From Hamiltosporidium tvaerminnensis FI-OER-3-3 (Eukaryota > Fungi > Microsporidia), in the NCBI GenBank assembly GCA_022605425.2, contig JAKIMF020000004.1, positions 620,001 to 684,000 on the forward strand: a DNA stretch of 64,000 nt, in the 5' to 3' direction. Positions within the stretch are counted from its first letter, which is position 1, and every line of letters begins with the position of its first letter. A model generated the notes under the pieces. It was not told where the DNA came from. It saw only the letters and a program-made list of their open reading frames with translations, and did no database searches. The translations under genes and the position numbers were made by a program. Shown piece by piece: positions 61,250 to 64,000 of the stretch.

Positions 61250-64000
61250 ATAAAATTCTGGGTTAAAATATGTTTACCATTTTTTTATGTTTTCTTCTAC
61301 CTCTTTAACCACTGCTGTCTCTTTTTCCAAATCCGACTCTTCATTTATGTTATTGGTCGGTTCTTCTAAAGTGGTTCCTCCTTGGGAACTAAGGGTGTAT
61401 TATTTTTTGGTTTTAAATTTTTTGCACCATCTTCCTCTCTCTTCGCTTCTTTTAAAGGGGTTATTGGTTCCTCATGCATCCTCGATCTCTTAATAACACC
61501 CATTGACGCTCTCTACCAGCTCCCTGGCATTTAGTCCTGACTCAAGTCCTCTTATTCGATCAAAGGAAATTGTCTCGACCATCTTCTTAAGTACTATAGA
61601 CAGGTTGTATGCCTCTACGTTCATAGGTATTTCTAGTCTTTTAAGGTGTGACTTATGGTATTTTGTCACAATACAATCCCAAGTCATCACATACGGGATT
61701 ATCTTCACACTACACTTATAAATAAGACCCAACTCATTGGTTAGCAGGCCATACTTCTTAACTTTTTTAGGTTAAACTATTTGAGGTCAAACTTGGGAAG
61801 TGATTTTTACTTCTCTGAGTGTTATCATATTCTTCTTCTTGTCTAAAATAAATATGTCGGGTCTGTTATTCCGGATCTTAACTTCAACTTTTATCCTGGT
61901 TTCCATTCCTATCTCCGCATACAAATTATCAAGAATTTCTTAAACTGAGTGACACCTAATTCGTTTTGAAGACTTAAACTTATATCTATTTAGGAAGTAA
62001 GTGTAGGAATCTACCCACTTCATTATGCCGTCTGGTGTAGTCATGGCCTAGCATTTTTTCACACCGAGAAGCTAGATGATCTACAGTCTTACCAGATTTA
62101 TTGCAGTGTTGGCCCATACTATCTGTTCCCCAGAATACATCTCTATCCTGGATATAGCAGAACACAGCTTCATTTCGTGTCCTAATATTCCCACTCTTTA
62201 ACCATCTTGAAGAGTCACTAACACTCACAAGCTCATTTTTTCTTGCCTTATATAACTTTGAATGAAGTTTTCGTTTTTCTATTTCGTTATATAGTTTTGC
62301 AAGTTGAGCTTCTTCTAAACTTTTTTTAGTAACTTCTTCTACCAACCTTCACTTTACTTCTAAAAAGCCTTTAATACTAGTCTATACCTTTAGGATTGCT
62401 TCTCGTCTAGATGATATTTTTTTACTTTTTTCCAGACAATCCAAGAGTTGCAGAAGCATATGTTCGCTTCGCAACTCAACACTATGTAGGCCTCTTCCAA
62501 GTTCTGTTTTAGGAAGATACAAACGCTTTTTACATCCTGGGCGGAGATGTATCATATTCTTCACCAACACCGCAAGCACTGCATCATCTAACTTAGAGAA
62601 GTCAGCCGGTTCAAGTCGAAGTACTCCTATGTAATAGTTGATTAACGATATCGCATGTTGATTGATTGCAGAAAATAAATTTTTTGCGTTTAATCTAGTG
62701 TGACAAAGTCTTTCAACTCTTGATATAAGTTTGCTTTGTACTTCTTCAAATGCGCTACGTGTTGGAATTCCTCTGCAATCTTCTATTATCCCTAAATATT
62801 TGTAAACACTAACACCTTCTAAAAGCGTAGCAGTATCGTAACAACACGTATCATCTGTAGCTGACTTCTCTTTGTTAATCTCTAAGCCAATCTTCTTAAA
62901 AATTCCTTCGCCTCGCCTGTCATAGCACTCAATGTGGAGCCGTCTTTTGCAAAGAGCTTAATATCATCAATAAACAAGAGATGATTAGTAGAATGGGATT
63001 CTGCATCTGTTTGTACTGTCACTTTTGGGTATTTTTCATTAAGCTGTCGGCTTAATGGATCCATACACAACACAAATAACAATGGTGACAAACTATCTCC
63101 TTGCAGAATCCCTCTCGCAATCTTCTTGCTCATGATTTTTTCAGGCCCTACTGATATATCAATTTTCCATTTTGATATAATTACCTTAATAAATTTCAGG
63201 ATACAATCAGGTAAATTAAGGTTTTCAATGTATGGAGTTAAATAAGCATGGTCTATTGAATTATAAGCTTTTTTAACATCAATCCATGTTGCCTTAAGAT
63301 TGTTTCAGTACTCTTTAGTTAGCGCAATATTCAGTAAAGCCTACTCTTTCACACCCTGCACCCCCTATTACCGCCCCTAATTGATTTCCTGAAAGCCATC
63401 CTCGCCTTTCCACTTCAAGTTGAACTACTTTCTTTGCAACTTTGTCGTTAACTTATAGAGGTTAGACATACAAGTGATTGGCCTGTAGTCAGAGCCTCTT
63501 TGGGAAATTCCTTTTGGTATTAAATACGTAAGCCCGCAGTAAAACCAATCAGCTTGTGATGTTCCTTCTAAACATATAACTTTCACAATATCATAAATAT
63601 ATTTGTTAAGAGTTGTAAGTTTCTCAATGAAAAAATTGTAAATACCATCAATTCCAGCAGCTTTCCAATTAGGAAGCCAATTAATGATACTTACAAATTC
63701 ATCAAGTGAAGGAAACGTAGTCTGTTGCGCATCTGACACGAAAGGTATCAAATACTCATCAAACGTAACTACTTTATCATTTTTGTTCGACATTGTAGAC
63801 CAAAAACTCACAATTTTATCACGACTGACCACATGCTCGGATTCCACACGCTCAGATAACCCTCGATAAAATCGACCTCGGAAAAGCTCAAGCATACGAT
63901 CCTCTTTTCGGAAATGTTTCCTATTTTCATCCATCGTAAATTTTTTCTCGTAAACATCCAAAGGCTCATTCTTCTTAACTAAAGCCTCAGAAAGATCAGT
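61250..64000 (-). mobile_element. RLE-type (R4/NeSL-like) non-LTR retrotransposon, disrupted, running off the window edge
   Basis: RT motifs KAAGIDGI, DYRPITCM, RGILQGDSLSPLLF, HLLFIDD. Degenerate zinc knuckle (G)QHC..H...C followed by RRHNE. Endonuclease NRPDIFILD. Many stops and frameshifts. Confidence 0.92.

Overview
Very AT-rich, gene-sparse eukaryotic DNA read in the standard code. It is most consistent with a large-genome microsporidian (Hamiltosporidium-like; this is inference). Support: intron-less reduced genes, a CCC motif just upstream of start codons, and a piggyBac / Ginger2-type integrase / Tc1 / RLE non-LTR transposon landscape. Recognisable genes are a Tom1/HUWE1-like HECT E3 ligase split by one in-frame TAA, 20S proteasome beta-2, a triple-SANT Snt1/NCoR-like protein and the NOP2 m5C methyltransferase. 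There are also several lineage-specific or secreted proteins. Mobile DNA: a full-length but disabled 2283-bp piggyBac with an ATAA target duplication, three RLE non-LTR retrotransposon copies, about five decayed Ginger2/KRBA2-like integrase elements, Tc1 and Ty3/gypsy relics, and four copies of an unexplained ~750-bp non-coding repeat. Most unusual observations: (1) that repeat family, with hints of RNA structure; (2) a sawtooth C-rich to G-rich skew confined to the housekeeping-gene islands, alongside tandem amplification of promoter and 3'-end units; (3) a conserved telomere-like 17-mer at the 3' junction of two RLE elements; (4) three long genes each broken by a single lesion.
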